Assembly (NCBI GenBank): GCA_900753095.1
Contig: CAADXT010000166.1
Location: 1-36,822 of the forward strand
Length of the DNA stretch: 36,822 bases
Reading direction: 5' to 3'
DNA from: Eggerthellaceae bacterium
GTDB taxonomy: Bacteria > Actinomycetota > Coriobacteriia > Coriobacteriales > Eggerthellaceae
How positions within the stretch are numbered: position 1 is the stretch's first letter; the number at the start of each line of letters is the position of its first letter. Positions 1 through 9,330 of the stretch are shown here, piece after piece. The notes below the pieces were generated by a model. It did no database searches. It saw nothing but the letters and a program-made list of their open reading frames with translations, and was not told the origin of the DNA. Made by a program: the position numbers and the translations under genes.

Positions 1-3000
1 CATGCTGCCGCGCTGGCAGCCGCAGCGGCAAGAGCTGCGAACGCACCGCCAAAGGCAAGCAGATTGTCGCCCGTCTTGGGTGCCTCGGAAGAAGAGCCGT
101 CGGCGCCTTGGTCGTCCGAGCCGTTATCCGGGTTGTTGGCAGAATCGCCGTTGGTATCGTTGCCGGCATCGGCATTGCCGCTATCGGATCCGTCATCGGA
201 GCCAGCGCCGGAGCCGGAGCCGTTGTCGTCAGCACCATCGTCGCCAGAGCCAGTGCCGGAGCCGTTGTCACCGGAGCCTGATCCGCCGTTATCGCCCGAA
301 CCGCTGTCTCCACCGTTGCCGCCGTCGTCCTTGCCGCTATCGGGCGCCGCAAGCGAGTCGATGGCATTCTTCAAAGCCTCGGTTGCCTGCGCAACTTCTT
401 CATCGGTTGCAGAGGCGCTCTTGCTTATCACCTGGGCGGCAGCCAGGGCATCCTGCAGGTTCTTCCAGGAATCCTGGGAATAGCTTTCCTTGTTCAGGGC
501 CTCGGCCTTGCTGATTGCGCTGTTCAGCTCCGTCTTGTCTGCCTGCTTGACAACTTCGAAGGAAAGGTTGGTCGTATAGCCCGTAGACGTTACCTCAATC
601 TGGTAGGTGCCGTTTTCAGGGAACACCTTGGTCTCAGAGCCGTCCTTGCCCTTTACTGCTGCATCCAAATTGATGGTGCCATCGGGGTTCACGATGGAAA
701 CAGAGCCGCGGCCCTTGGCGGCATACTCCACATCCCCCACCTTTACCTTGCTGATGTTGCCGAGGTAGGAGGCAATGTCGCCGCCTTCCTGCTTGGGCAC
801 AATCTGGTTCGCTTCGCTGTTGTAGGAGGCAACCTCGTTAGCCGTGGTAAGCAGGAAATCAGCAGAAACGCTGGCGTATTTGCCGCTCTTGTCCTTGGCA
901 ACGAGCGTGTACGAACCGGGGTTGGTACCGGCAGGAACTAGCAGATTCTTAGCTGCTGCAGAGCGCGCCTGTAAATCAGCGAACTCAACCTTGTCCCAGC
1001 CCGCTACGCTGTACTCAGCATCGAAGTCGGCAGGAAGGCTGATGTTAACACCCACCACCGGGTTTTCGGCATCAAGGGAGGCGTCCTGCGCCGCAATGGA
1101 AACATCGTTGCTCTTGATGGGCACATAGATACCCTTTTCACCAGCGGAAACAGTGAACGTACCCGCGCTGGTGTACACCGTGATGTCCTTGATAGTCTTG
1201 CCCATCATCGACTCGTAATGCGCCGAGCTGGTGGGGCAGCTATGCACGGCGTCGGTGAAGCCGGTGCACCAGGCAAGCTCGAAGCCGTGCTTGGCGGTTT
1301 TCCAAATGCTCTCCAAATGACGCATGCCGTACCCGTAGCCGTCGGTGGTGTTGACTACCGAGCCGTAGATGGTTGCATCCTTCAAGGCAGCGTACACCGC
1401 AGAGTCGGTGCCGAAGTCGAGCTCGTAATCGCCATAGCCGCTTTCGGTGGTGAACTTGCCGTCGGAGCCGTCAATCGCCTGAGCCTCAGCGCCCTCGGCT
1501 TTACCGAAGGAAAGCGTGCCGTCGCTGTTGGCGCTGAGCTCCTTATACGTTGCAGGCGCCTCGCTGAGCAGGGTATATGCGTAGCTCCCAGAACCGAATA
1601 GGGCATCCTGGCTTTCAGCCTTCGCGTACTTCGACCAATCGATCCCCGCTGCAGACTCGGTTACCTTCACCGGGAAGGTGATGCCGGTGATCTCGGAGCC
1701 GTCGTCCTTAGCGTGATACGAGCCGCCGGCCAGGCCGGTGTTCTTGGTCTTGTTCTTGGTGGCCGAGGTGAACACATCCACCGAAGTGTTGTTGCTGCCC
1801 GTTTCAGCCGCGTAGAACTCCGCGTAGGGAATGTTCATCAACACGTAATCGCCTGCCTGCGGCGTGGCTTTCTGCTCCTTCACCAGGGCATCAAGGGCAC
1901 CCTGCAAATGGGTGATCTGCTCGGATGCCTCAGATTCGGAAAGGTTCTCCTTGGCAAGAAGCTCCTTGGTCTCAGCCGTCTCGGTTTCAATGGCCGACTT
2001 CTCCCACGACTCTTGCGTGTAGTCCGCCTTGTTCAGCGCTGCGGCCTCGTCGTAGAGCGCCTGAAGCTTCTGCTTGGTCTCCTCGGTTACCGGGGTTTCG
2101 GCCTTCTTAACGTTGTCGGACGCTGCCTGGAACGTGTACGAGCTGTCGGCATAGCCCAGGGCGTGGACAGTCACCTTCCAATACCCCGTGCCATCGGTGT
2201 TTTCCGGCAGCTGGCAACGGGCGGAATCGGTAAGGCCCAGCTGAATTCCCAAGCTCTTGTGCATCCAGTTGTCCGCCGCGAACTTGGTGCCGAAGCTGCG
2301 CAGCGGCGTGGAGTACGTGGAATCGTTGCCGTAATACGTCCAGGTTACCGCCTGCATTGCAGAGCCCAAATCGCCAAAGTTGCTGGTGAAGTCCAAGCGA
2401 ATGAACTCGCCGTACGAGCCAAGCTTATCGCCGCTTACCAGGTTGGGGCCCATGGAGGAAAGGTCAGCGCTCTTCAGAGCCTGGCCCTTGATGCCGGAAT
2501 CGCTGCCCTGCTGCTCGGCCGAGAAGCTGAACGAGCCGCCGTTGTTGGTAGCCGTTTTCAGGCCGTTCGTGTTAGCAGTTACCTCCGCGGTGGCGCTGTA
2601 GGCGGAAAGCTGCCCCTCGCCGTAGCCGCCGGCGATGGCTTCGCCGTTTGCCACGAACTGGTACTTGGCCTTGAACGCATCGAGGTCGGCGGTCTTCACC
2701 TTCACCGGAACGTACTTGACGCCCGTTACCTCATAATCCTTCATGGTGTAGCTTGCGCCGTCGCAGGTCATTGCGCCCTTGCTCCACGTTACCGTTTTGC
2801 CATCGGTAGTGGTAAACGACTTGCCGTCGGATGCCCACGTGGCCAGGTTGAACGTGGTGCCTTCGTTGGTGTAGATGGTTGCCAGGCACTGGTAGCTGCC
2901 ACGATGCAGGCCGTGGTTGGTAGTAGCGCGCGTTACCACGTCGAAGGCGCCCTTGTCGGCCTCGCCGCGGCTGTCGAGCTCGCTCGAGCTGGAGGTGTCG

Positions 3001-3722
3001 CTTGCGTTGTACACGCCTTCAGCTGCCCAGTACTCCGCCCAGGAAAGGCCCGCATAGCCGTAGGTGTATTCATCGGCTGCCGGGGTTTCCTCGGTCTTGG
3101 CGTTCTCAAGCGCGTTGTTGGTGGCGAAAACAATGGCCTTGCTGGTTACCGTGGCGCCGGAAACGGCATCGACATCCGTCGAGTTTGCCTCGACGATTTT
3201 GCTGGCCACGCCTTTGACCTTCGAGTTTCCAGCAGCTGCCTTCTTGGCGTACTTCTGGCTTTCGCTGGGAACGCCCGTGTAATCGCCCGAGTCGTCTGCG
3301 GGGATTTCAACCTTCACGATTTTATGGTCGGCAACCGTAACCTTCACGGTAAGGGTGTAGCCGGTCCACTCGTCGCCGTCCTCAACGCCGGAGGCGGCGC
3401 CGTCGACGGTGAGGCCGTCGTCGCCGATAACCGCCTTGCCCTCGTACGTGCCGTCGGCGATCTTGGAAAGATCGTAGTTCGCAGAAGCGCTGCCCACCTG
3501 GGTGGAAAGGGCAACTGCGGTATAATCGTTGTTCGAAGTCGTCACGGCTTCATTTTGGGAAGAGGCCTCTTCAGTGTTGGTAGCGCTAGGGGCTTCTTCT
3601 TCGTTTTCGGGGCTTGCATAGGCAAGGGAAGGCACCAGCGAAAGCGTCAGCGCCGTGGCAACCAAGCCACGTGCGGCAGTCTGGCCCATCCCTGCGCGGC
3701 CCCGTACAGACTGTTCGTCCAT
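1..3722 (-). CDS. Large cell-wall-anchored surface protein, 3' end off window: signal peptide, FMN-binding domain, Tp47-like domains, FIVAR-like helical repeats, S/G/D-rich linker, LPXTG-like sorting signal
   Basis: Hand-translated in part; not in the ORF track because no stop lies in the window. ATG at 3722 after AAAGGA; MDEQSVRGRAGMGQTAARGLVATALTLSLVPSLAYA; DAVSGAT at 3150-3170; YAGLSWAEYWAAEGVY...TRATTNHGLHRGSYQC and YGEFIRLDF...FGTKFAADNWMHK resemble Tp47 domains; APKTG at 69-83 followed by a hydrophobic Ala-rich stretch. Frame spot-checked at ~3700, ~3150, ~1800 and 3-90. Confidence 0.85.
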   Translation of the reverse strand, partial: MDEQSVRGRAGMGQTAARGLVATALTLSLVPSLAYASPENEEEAPSATNTEEASSQNEAVTTSNNDYTAVALSTQVGSASANYDLSKIADGTYEGKAVIGDDGLTVDGAASGVEDGDEWTGYTLTVKVTVADHKIVKVEIPADDSGDYTGVPSESQKYAKKAAAGNSKVKGVASKIVEANSTDVDAVSGATVTSKAIVFATNNALENAKTEETPAADEYTYGYAGLSWAEYWAAEGVYNASDTSSSSELDSRGEADKGAFDVVTRATTNHGLHRGSYQCLATIYTNEGTTFNLATWASDGKSFTTTDGKTVTWSKGAMTCDGASYTMKDYEVTGVKYVPVKVKTADLDAFKAKYQFVANGEAIAGGYGEGQLSAYSATAEVTANTNGLKTATNNGGSFSFSAEQQGSDSGIKGQALKSADLSSMGPNLVSGDKLGSYGEFIRLDFTSNFGDLGSAMQAVTWTYYGNDSTYSTPLRSFGTKFAADNWMHKSLGIQLGLTDSARCQLPENTDGTGYWKVTVHALGYADSSYTFQAASDNVKKAETPVTEETKQKLQALYDEAAALNKADYTQESWEKSAIETETAETKELLAKENLSESEASEQITHLQGALDALVKEQKATPQAGDYVLMNIPYAEFYAAETGSNNTSVDVFTSATKNKTKNTGLAGGSYHAKDDGSEITGITFPVKVTESAAGIDWSKYAKAESQDALFGSGSYAYTLLSEAPATYKELSANSDGTLSFGKAEGAEAQAIDGSDGKFTTESGYGDYELDFGTDSAVYAALKDATIYGSVVNTTDGYGYGMRHLESIWKTAKHGFELAWCTGFTDAVHSCPTSSAHYESMMGKTIKDITVYTSAGTFTVSAGEKGIYVPIKSNDVSIAAQDASLDAENPVVGVNISLPADFDAEYSVAGWDKVEFADLQARSAAAKNLLVPAGTNPGSYTLVAKDKSGKYASVSADFLLTTANEVASYNSEANQIVPKQEGGDIASYLGNISKVKVGDVEYAAKGRGSVSIVNPDGTINLDAAVKGKDGSETKVFPENGTYQIEVTSTGYTTNLSFEVVKQADKTELNSAISKAEALNKESYSQDSWKNLQDALAAAQVISKSASATDEEVAQATEALKNAIDSLAAPDSGKDDGGNGGDSGSGDNGGSGSGDNGSGTGSGDDGADDNGSGSGAGSDDGSDSGNADAGNDTNGDSANNPDNGSDDQGADGSSSEAPKTGDNLLAFGGAFAALAAAAASAAA

Positions 3723-3869
3723 ATGGTTCCTTTCGGGGTAGCTTTGTTCGTTTACGTTCGTTCGGACGCGCCGCTCCTTCCATTCACGCCCGTCTGCTCG
3801 TTTGGGCTTTTGCCATACGCTGGCAGCAGAGCCCAAAGAGTTTACCAATGGTTACTTTTAATCAGGAAG

Positions 3870-3900
3870 TTAGATTAAGTTAACTCATAGCTCTTAGCAA
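3870..3900 (-). promoter_or_regulatory. Sigma70-type promoter overlapped by a possible DtxR/IdeR-like operator
   Basis: Minus strand TTGCTA (3895-3900), 17 nt, TAATCT (3872-3877). TTAGATTAAGTTAACTCAT at 3870-3888 matches about 13 of 19 positions of TTAGGTTAGSCTAACCTAA. Confidence 0.4.
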
Positions 3901-3943
3901 GGGATTTTTTGCCGAATCATTGCGAATGGCATCAGACGAGCAG

Positions 3944-4052
3944 GGACGAGTAGGGACAGCCCCCTAGCACGGTGAAGTGGAATCGGTCATCCCGCTAAAC
4001 GAGGCAGCACACCCACTTCACTGTGTTAAAGGGGGACTGCCCCTACTCGTCC
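3944..4052. repeat. Long imperfect inverted repeat overlapping the sipW stop codon
   Basis: ggacgagtagggacagccccctagcacggtgaagtgg (3944-3980) pairs with ccacttcactgtgttaaagggggactgcccctactcgtcc (4013-4052). Confidence 0.8.
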
Positions 4053-4666
4053 ACGTCCTGCTCGGATTTTTCCTGCTCGCGCTTCTTGCGCACAAGCTCC
4101 ACTGCCTCGCGCAGGGCCTTCTCGTCCTCGGCACGGGCAACTTCCTTGGTGGACTTCACCAGCTTGGCAATCTCGAAAACCATCAGCACCACCAAAGGCA
4201 AGATGATGAACGGGAAGAACACCAGCGGGTTCGAGAACAGCGAAACCACGGTGCCCAACGCCGCCGAGACGAACACCACGCGGCCCACCACGTTCACCGC
4301 GGCCACCGGCGCTGCGTCCTCAACGGCATTCGCATCGCCCTTGGTATGGAACATCAGCTGGCCGTTTTCCTCGTACACGCTGGTGATGCGGTGCGTGTTC
4401 AACGCGCCTTCCATGGAAGACTCCGTGGCGCGGAAGGTGATGATGTCGCCCACTTGAAGGCTGCTCGGATCAACCTCTTCCGTAACGATGAACGAGTGCA
4501 CGGGAATGGCCGGCTCCATGGAACCGGTAAGCGTGCGCATGAAGCTGTAGCTGCCCAGGCTGGGCACCTCGCCCGCCGGTGTGAACACCGTGCGCAGCAG
4601 CACCACCAGCGCAAGGGCGATAACCACCGCCGCCAGCACGTTCACCACACGAAGCACGTATTTCAT
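4043..4666 (-). CDS. sipW: Signal peptidase I, SipW/Sec11 (ER-type) family
   Basis: N-terminal TM, TGSMEP (catalytic Ser), GDIITF, THRI (His), TKGDAN, C-terminal TM; TAATG overlap with the upstream gene. Confidence 0.9.
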   Translation of the reverse strand: MKYVLRVVNVLAAVVIALALVVLLRTVFTPAGEVPSLGSYSFMRTLTGSMEPAIPVHSFIVTEEVDPSSLQVGDIITFRATESSMEGALNTHRITSVYEENGQLMFHTKGDANAVEDAAPVAAVNVVGRVVFVSAALGTVVSLFSNPLVFFPFIILPLVVLMVFEIAKLVKSTKEVARAEDEKALREAVELVRKKREQEKSEQDVDE

Positions 4667-6681
4667 TACTTGGCGTCCTCAGAAGGCTCATCGGCCGAAT
4701 CCTGCTCCTTGGAGCCAGGTTCGCTGCCGCCTGCAGAAGAAACCTCCTGACCGCGCAAACGCGCCAGCAGGTACTGCGAGAGCTTGTTGCCCTCTGCGCG
4801 CTTCTCGGCACGGATGCGCGCATTCTGGGCTTCCTCCAAGCTGCGGCTCAGCTGGTCGATGCGCTGCTGCATCTCCTGCTTCAGCTGGGCAAGCTCGGCT
4901 GCATGCTCCTTTTGCGCCTGCTCGTGCGCACGAGCCGCGGCATCCATCTGAGCGCGCAGCTGCGCCTCTTCGGCCTCGTGGTTCTTGCGCGCTTCCTCGT
5001 TCGACGACTGAACCGCTGCAAGGCGTGCCTCGGCTTCGGCCTTCGCAGCGGCAACCTGCGCCTTGGCATGCTCGTTTGCCGCCTGCACCTTGCTCTCAGC
5101 GTCGGCGCGCGCAGCCTCAACCTTCTCGGCGGCGTCAACGCGCGCCGCCTTCAGCAGCGCATCGGCATCGGCTGCGGCCGCCTCGATGCGCGCCCTGGCG
5201 TCTTCCTTGGCAGCCTGAGCCTCGGCCTTTGCCGCCTCAACAGAAGCCTGCGCCTCTTCCTTGGCAGCAGAAACCGTGGCTGAGGCATTGTCGAGCGCTG
5301 CCTGCACCTCGGCAGCCATTTCCGCCTGCATGCGCTGCACTTCCGCATCGGTCTCCGCACGCGCCTTGGCCGCCTCCGCCTCGGCGGCACGCTTGCCTTC
5401 CTCGGCATCCTCCAGGGAACCACGCGCGTCTTCCAGGTCGGCTTCCGCAATCTGAGCACGCTGGGTTAGGCCCTCTTCACGCGCCTTGGCCATATCAAGC
5501 TCGTCGGCCAGGTCGTCGCGCTCGTCTTCCAGCGCATGGGCCTGCACCTTCCAGGCCTTCAGCTGGCCTTCCAGCTCCTCAGTTTTCTTGCGCTCCTCTT
5601 CAAGCGCCGCCTCGGCATCAAGCTGCGCCTGTGTAACCTCATCAACGAACACCTTGCGCACTTCCACATCGGGAATATCGCAGCTGTCGACGAACTCTTC
5701 TTTGATCTCCTTGATGAACTTCGGCTGAACCGGCTCACGCTGCTGGCTGGCAAGCTCGGTAAAGTTGCGGTCGTCAGTGGTAAGGCTCTTGAACACCGTG
5801 TAGTTGTTGATGAGGTTGGTGTACATCTGCACCATGTACTCGTCGTCGAAGGCAAGGGCGGAATCCTTTACCTCGATGTTGTAGCCAACCTTGTCGTAAC
5901 GCTCCATGAACTGCCACAGCTGGTAGCACTTGCGGTAGTTCGGGTCCTTCATGATGAGGTTCGTGCGCTGGATAGGACTGCGCACCGTGGCGCACCCCTG
6001 CATAATCTGACAGAACGAGGCGTTGCGCAGCGCCATAACCAAGCGCCGCACACGGTCGATGCGCATGAAGGTGTCGATGTTGTCGGCATCGTTTTCGGCG
6101 AAGTTCTGGCGGTCCTTCACCGTCATCTCGACGTTGTACTCGATTTCCTCGTAGGCATCGCCGATCTTGCTGTGCATGGTGAAGCGGTTGCGAACCTCGT
6201 TGCCCGTCGACCAGAAGATCACGTCCGTACGCTTATCGACGAAGGTGAGCAGGCGCTGGATCAGGTGATAGACGAAGCGGTTCTCGTACAAGTCGTACGT
6301 TTCGGCCATGTTCACGTTCAGGATCTTCGTGGGATGGATGCTGCCATCGTCGGAAGGTGCCAAAAACTGCGTGTTCTGGCTTAGATGGCGCACGCTGTCG
6401 GCGGAAATCTTCTTCGCCAGCGAAACCGGCACCACCTCTTCCTCGGTGGTGATGAAGCGACGCGGCTTTTCGATGATGGTGTTGATGGCGTCAAGCGAAT
6501 CCTCGATAACGGAAATCCATTCCTCATCAACCACCTTAACCAGTTCTTCACGCTGCTGCTCGATGGTGGTATCGGAAGCCTGGGCCATTTCGAACAGGTA
6601 GCGGAAATAGCGGTCGTCTTCCTGAATGGGCTCCATTTGAGTGGCAAAGCTGCCGTACAGATCCTGAATGGTGTCTGACAT
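4666..6681 (-). CDS. DUF2357 (McrC N-terminal-like) domain protein with long C-terminal coiled coil; no nuclease domain seen
   Basis: ETYDLYENRFVYHLI and TNLIMKDPNYRKCYQLW motifs typical of DUF2357; about 300 aa of A/E/K/Q heptad-rich tail; follows the McrB-like NTPase. Confidence 0.75.
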   Translation of the reverse strand: MSDTIQDLYGSFATQMEPIQEDDRYFRYLFEMAQASDTTIEQQREELVKVVDEEWISVIEDSLDAINTIIEKPRRFITTEEEVVPVSLAKKISADSVRHLSQNTQFLAPSDDGSIHPTKILNVNMAETYDLYENRFVYHLIQRLLTFVDKRTDVIFWSTGNEVRNRFTMHSKIGDAYEEIEYNVEMTVKDRQNFAENDADNIDTFMRIDRVRRLVMALRNASFCQIMQGCATVRSPIQRTNLIMKDPNYRKCYQLWQFMERYDKVGYNIEVKDSALAFDDEYMVQMYTNLINNYTVFKSLTTDDRNFTELASQQREPVQPKFIKEIKEEFVDSCDIPDVEVRKVFVDEVTQAQLDAEAALEEERKKTEELEGQLKAWKVQAHALEDERDDLADELDMAKAREEGLTQRAQIAEADLEDARGSLEDAEEGKRAAEAEAAKARAETDAEVQRMQAEMAAEVQAALDNASATVSAAKEEAQASVEAAKAEAQAAKEDARARIEAAAADADALLKAARVDAAEKVEAARADAESKVQAANEHAKAQVAAAKAEAEARLAAVQSSNEEARKNHEAEEAQLRAQMDAAARAHEQAQKEHAAELAQLKQEMQQRIDQLSRSLEEAQNARIRAEKRAEGNKLSQYLLARLRGQEVSSAGGSEPGSKEQDSADEPSEDAK

Positions 6682-6741
6682 TTAATTACCCCACAGGCTA
6701 TAAACACGCCCGGGCGCCGCACAAGCACCCGGGCTGATTCG

Positions 6742-8433
6742 TTAGTGCATGTTCTGGATTCGCTGCAGATACGAAATGCTGTCGGGCAGGCCGCCCTCGC
6801 CGAAGGTCTTCTCGATGTAGTCGATAAGGCCCTGCATCTCGTCGCGCACGAAGCTGACGTTCATCGACTCGAACTTCTTCAGCACCTTGCGGGCGATGAT
6901 GTAGTCCATGCCGCCCAGCTCGGTGCCGCCGCACGCCACGTACACGGGAATGAAGTCGTACATCTGCTTGATGATACGGTTGCCGAACGCCAAGCGAAAA
7001 CGCGTTTGCAGGTACTGGTCGAGCTTGTGCATCTTTTCCAGCAGCTCTTCGGAAACCACGTGCTCCACTTTCGCCTTCTGGAACAGGTACTGCAAGTGCT
7101 CGCTGGTTACGTGCACGCGCTCATGCGGCGGGCACTCGAACGCATCGGCGCGCTCGTTCAGCTCGATGGGGATGGCGCGGTCGTACACCTTGTCGGTGAT
7201 GGTGAAGGTGGAGTCGTCGTTGTTGGCGGTGCCCACGAACCACAGGCTGCCCGGGATGCGGATCTTGCCGTCTTCCAGGCCCTTCGGGTCGCCGTCCCAC
7301 GCAACGGGCACCAAGTCGAGCGTCCATTCGTCCTGGCTGGGCATTTCCAGCACCGAAAGGATCTCGGCGAAGTAGTACTCCACGCGCGCCAGGTTCATCT
7401 CGTCGAGCACGATGTAGCTGGGGTCCTCGCGCAAGCCCGCCTCGTACACAGCACGCAGGAACTCGGTTTCGTTGAAGCGCTTCGAGAACTCGTTGAAGTA
7501 GCCCAGCACTTCCGTGCGGTCACGGTACGAAGGCTGCACCGAAACGATGGTGGCCGGGTTGTCCACATAGCGGCTGAACGAGTACGGCAGCGAGGTTTTG
7601 CCCGTACCGGAGATGCCCTCCAGGATAAGCAGCTTGCTGGCGGCCATGCCCGCCACATAGCGGCGCACGATCTCGGGCGTGTAGTACAGGCCCATTTCGC
7701 TGCAGGCGAAGAAGCGGTAGCCCTCCACGAACTGCTCCAACGTAATGTCGTTGTCGTACACCGGGGGCTGCCAGGTGCGGTACTTCAAGTCGACCATCGA
7801 AAGCTTGGGGAAGCGGTTGGCCTGGGCAATCTCCTTTTGCTCGGCCAGCGTCTTCGCTTCCACCGTGGCCTTGGCCATGGCCGCCGCAGCGCCTTCAACC
7901 GAATCGCTGTCAAGCGAAAGCGAGGCAGAGCCCGCAGCCGGGGCCAGCGCAGTGCCCGTGCCCGATACCGCCTGTTCCCCTTCGCCCGTTACGTTGGCAA
8001 CGGTGGGGATGGTGTCGTCGGTAAGGGCAGAAGCGCCCATGTAGGGAATGCGCTTCGTGCCGCCCATGGCGTTCACCTTCAGTGCCAGCACCTTGTTCTT
8101 CTCGTCCATCAGGTCAAGCACCTGCTTGTTCAGGCGCCCGATTTCGCGGTACAGCACCTTGTTGTCCGACTTGTCGGCCTTAAGCTCGTGGTGCAGCTTC
8201 CAACGGCGCACCAAAATCACCGCGATAAGAACGGGGATGGCAACAAGCAGGGCGAACAGGATAACCGCGCCGATCTTCCCCACGATGTCGAACGTGGTGA
8301 AGTACGTGATGAAGATGTTGAAGTAATCGATCCAACCGAATATCAGCAGGTTCAATATGGAAGCGAACACGGCGGCGATGTTGTACGCCACCTTTGCCAG
8401 CAGTTACCAGGCGAAACTCAGAAACTCGCTCAC
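6742..8433 (-). CDS. Membrane-anchored McrB-like AAA+ NTPase with an in-frame TAA at codon 10 (restart possible at GTG 8391)
   Basis: Walker A GISGTGKT, Walker B VLDEMNLARVEYYF, McrB-type GTANNDDST, DKVYDRA; two N-terminal hydrophobic segments and a short coiled coil. AAGGAG (8442-8447) precedes GTG 8433: MSEFLSFAW*LLAKVAYN. Confidence 0.8.
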
Positions 8434-8450
8434 GGTTCACGCTCCTTCCC

Positions 8451-8488
8451 AAAACGAAAGCGCACGTCGGGTGCGCGCCCGACGTGCG
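8451..8488 (-). terminator. Intrinsic terminator-like hairpin between sipW and the NTPase
   Basis: 11-bp stem cgcacgtcggg/cccgacgtgcg (8461-8488) followed on the minus strand by CTTTCGTTTT. Confidence 0.6.
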
Positions 8489-8498
8489 TGCGGTTGGC

Positions 8499-9290
8499 TT
8501 ATTTGCCGGATTCGTCCGAACCCTCTTCAGCGGACTTCGCGGAAGCCAAGGCAGCCTCCGCCTCGGCCTTCAGGCGCTTGGCCTCCGCAAGGGCAGCCTC
8601 CGCCTCGGCGCGTGCGGCTTCCGCCTGCGCACGCTCGTCGGCCGCCTGCTTGGCGGCGCCGGCCTGCTCGGCGTTGGCGGCCTTGGCCTGCTCGCCGTCG
8701 ACGATGGCCTCCGCCTGCTTCATGCGATCTTCCTCGGCCATGGCGCGCTTCAGGTTCATGCCCACGATTACCAGGTGATACACCTGGTAGATGAAGAACA
8801 AGAGCATCGGCAGCACGATGATGATCAAAAAGCCCCATGTGCTGGAGAGCACGTCCATAACCGCACCCAGGTACGGGATCTTGAACGCGTACTTGCCCAC
8901 GATGTCGCCGTCGGCGATAACGTGCTGGTCGGCAAGGTCGTTGTTGTCGCCCTTGGTGGTGTAGCTGTTCAGGCCGTTTACCTGGTTAATCGAAACGATG
9001 CGGTGCGTGTTCAGCGCATACTGGTTGTCGATGATGGTGTGGAACGTGACGATGTCGCCTTCCTTCAGCGTGGAAGGGTCGCACTGCTGGATGATGATCA
9101 GGTCGTTTTCGCCGAAGGTTGGCTCCATGGACTCCGATTGAACCGTAAGAGGCGTAAATCCTGCCAGGCTCGAAACGCTGCCATCGTCTTTCGTGGCCAA
9201 CGTGGTGAATGAGAACAACGCGGCAACCAGGATGATGATCCACATCACCACGCTGACTACAACGGATGCAGCCTTTTTTACTGTACTCAT
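8499..9290 (-). CDS. sipW: Signal peptidase I, SipW/Sec11 family, with Ala/Glu-rich helical tail
   Basis: QSESMEP, GDIVTF, THRI, TKGDNN, two TMs; ATG 9290 preceded by GGAAAGGG. Confidence 0.9.
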   Translation of the reverse strand: MSTVKKAASVVVSVVMWIIILVAALFSFTTLATKDDGSVSSLAGFTPLTVQSESMEPTFGENDLIIIQQCDPSTLKEGDIVTFHTIIDNQYALNTHRIVSINQVNGLNSYTTKGDNNDLADQHVIADGDIVGKYAFKIPYLGAVMDVLSSTWGFLIIIVLPMLLFFIYQVYHLVIVGMNLKRAMAEEDRMKQAEAIVDGEQAKAANAEQAGAAKQAADERAQAEAARAEAEAALAEAKRLKAEAEAALASAKSAEEGSDESGK

Positions 9291-9330
9291 AACGCCCTTT
9301 CCTATGCGCACTGCGCCCTAACGCAGCAAA

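Noticed and set aside
1713..3878. 721-aa plus-strand ORF, and similar long plus-strand ORFs (6745-8778, 9534-10742, 14939-16024, 29737-30807)
   Set aside because: Antisense shadows of well-supported minus-strand genes in high-GC DNA; no recognisable motifs.
4666..8433. Canonical McrBC restriction system
   Set aside because: No DNA-recognition domain on the NTPase and no PD-(D/E)xK motif visible in the partner.
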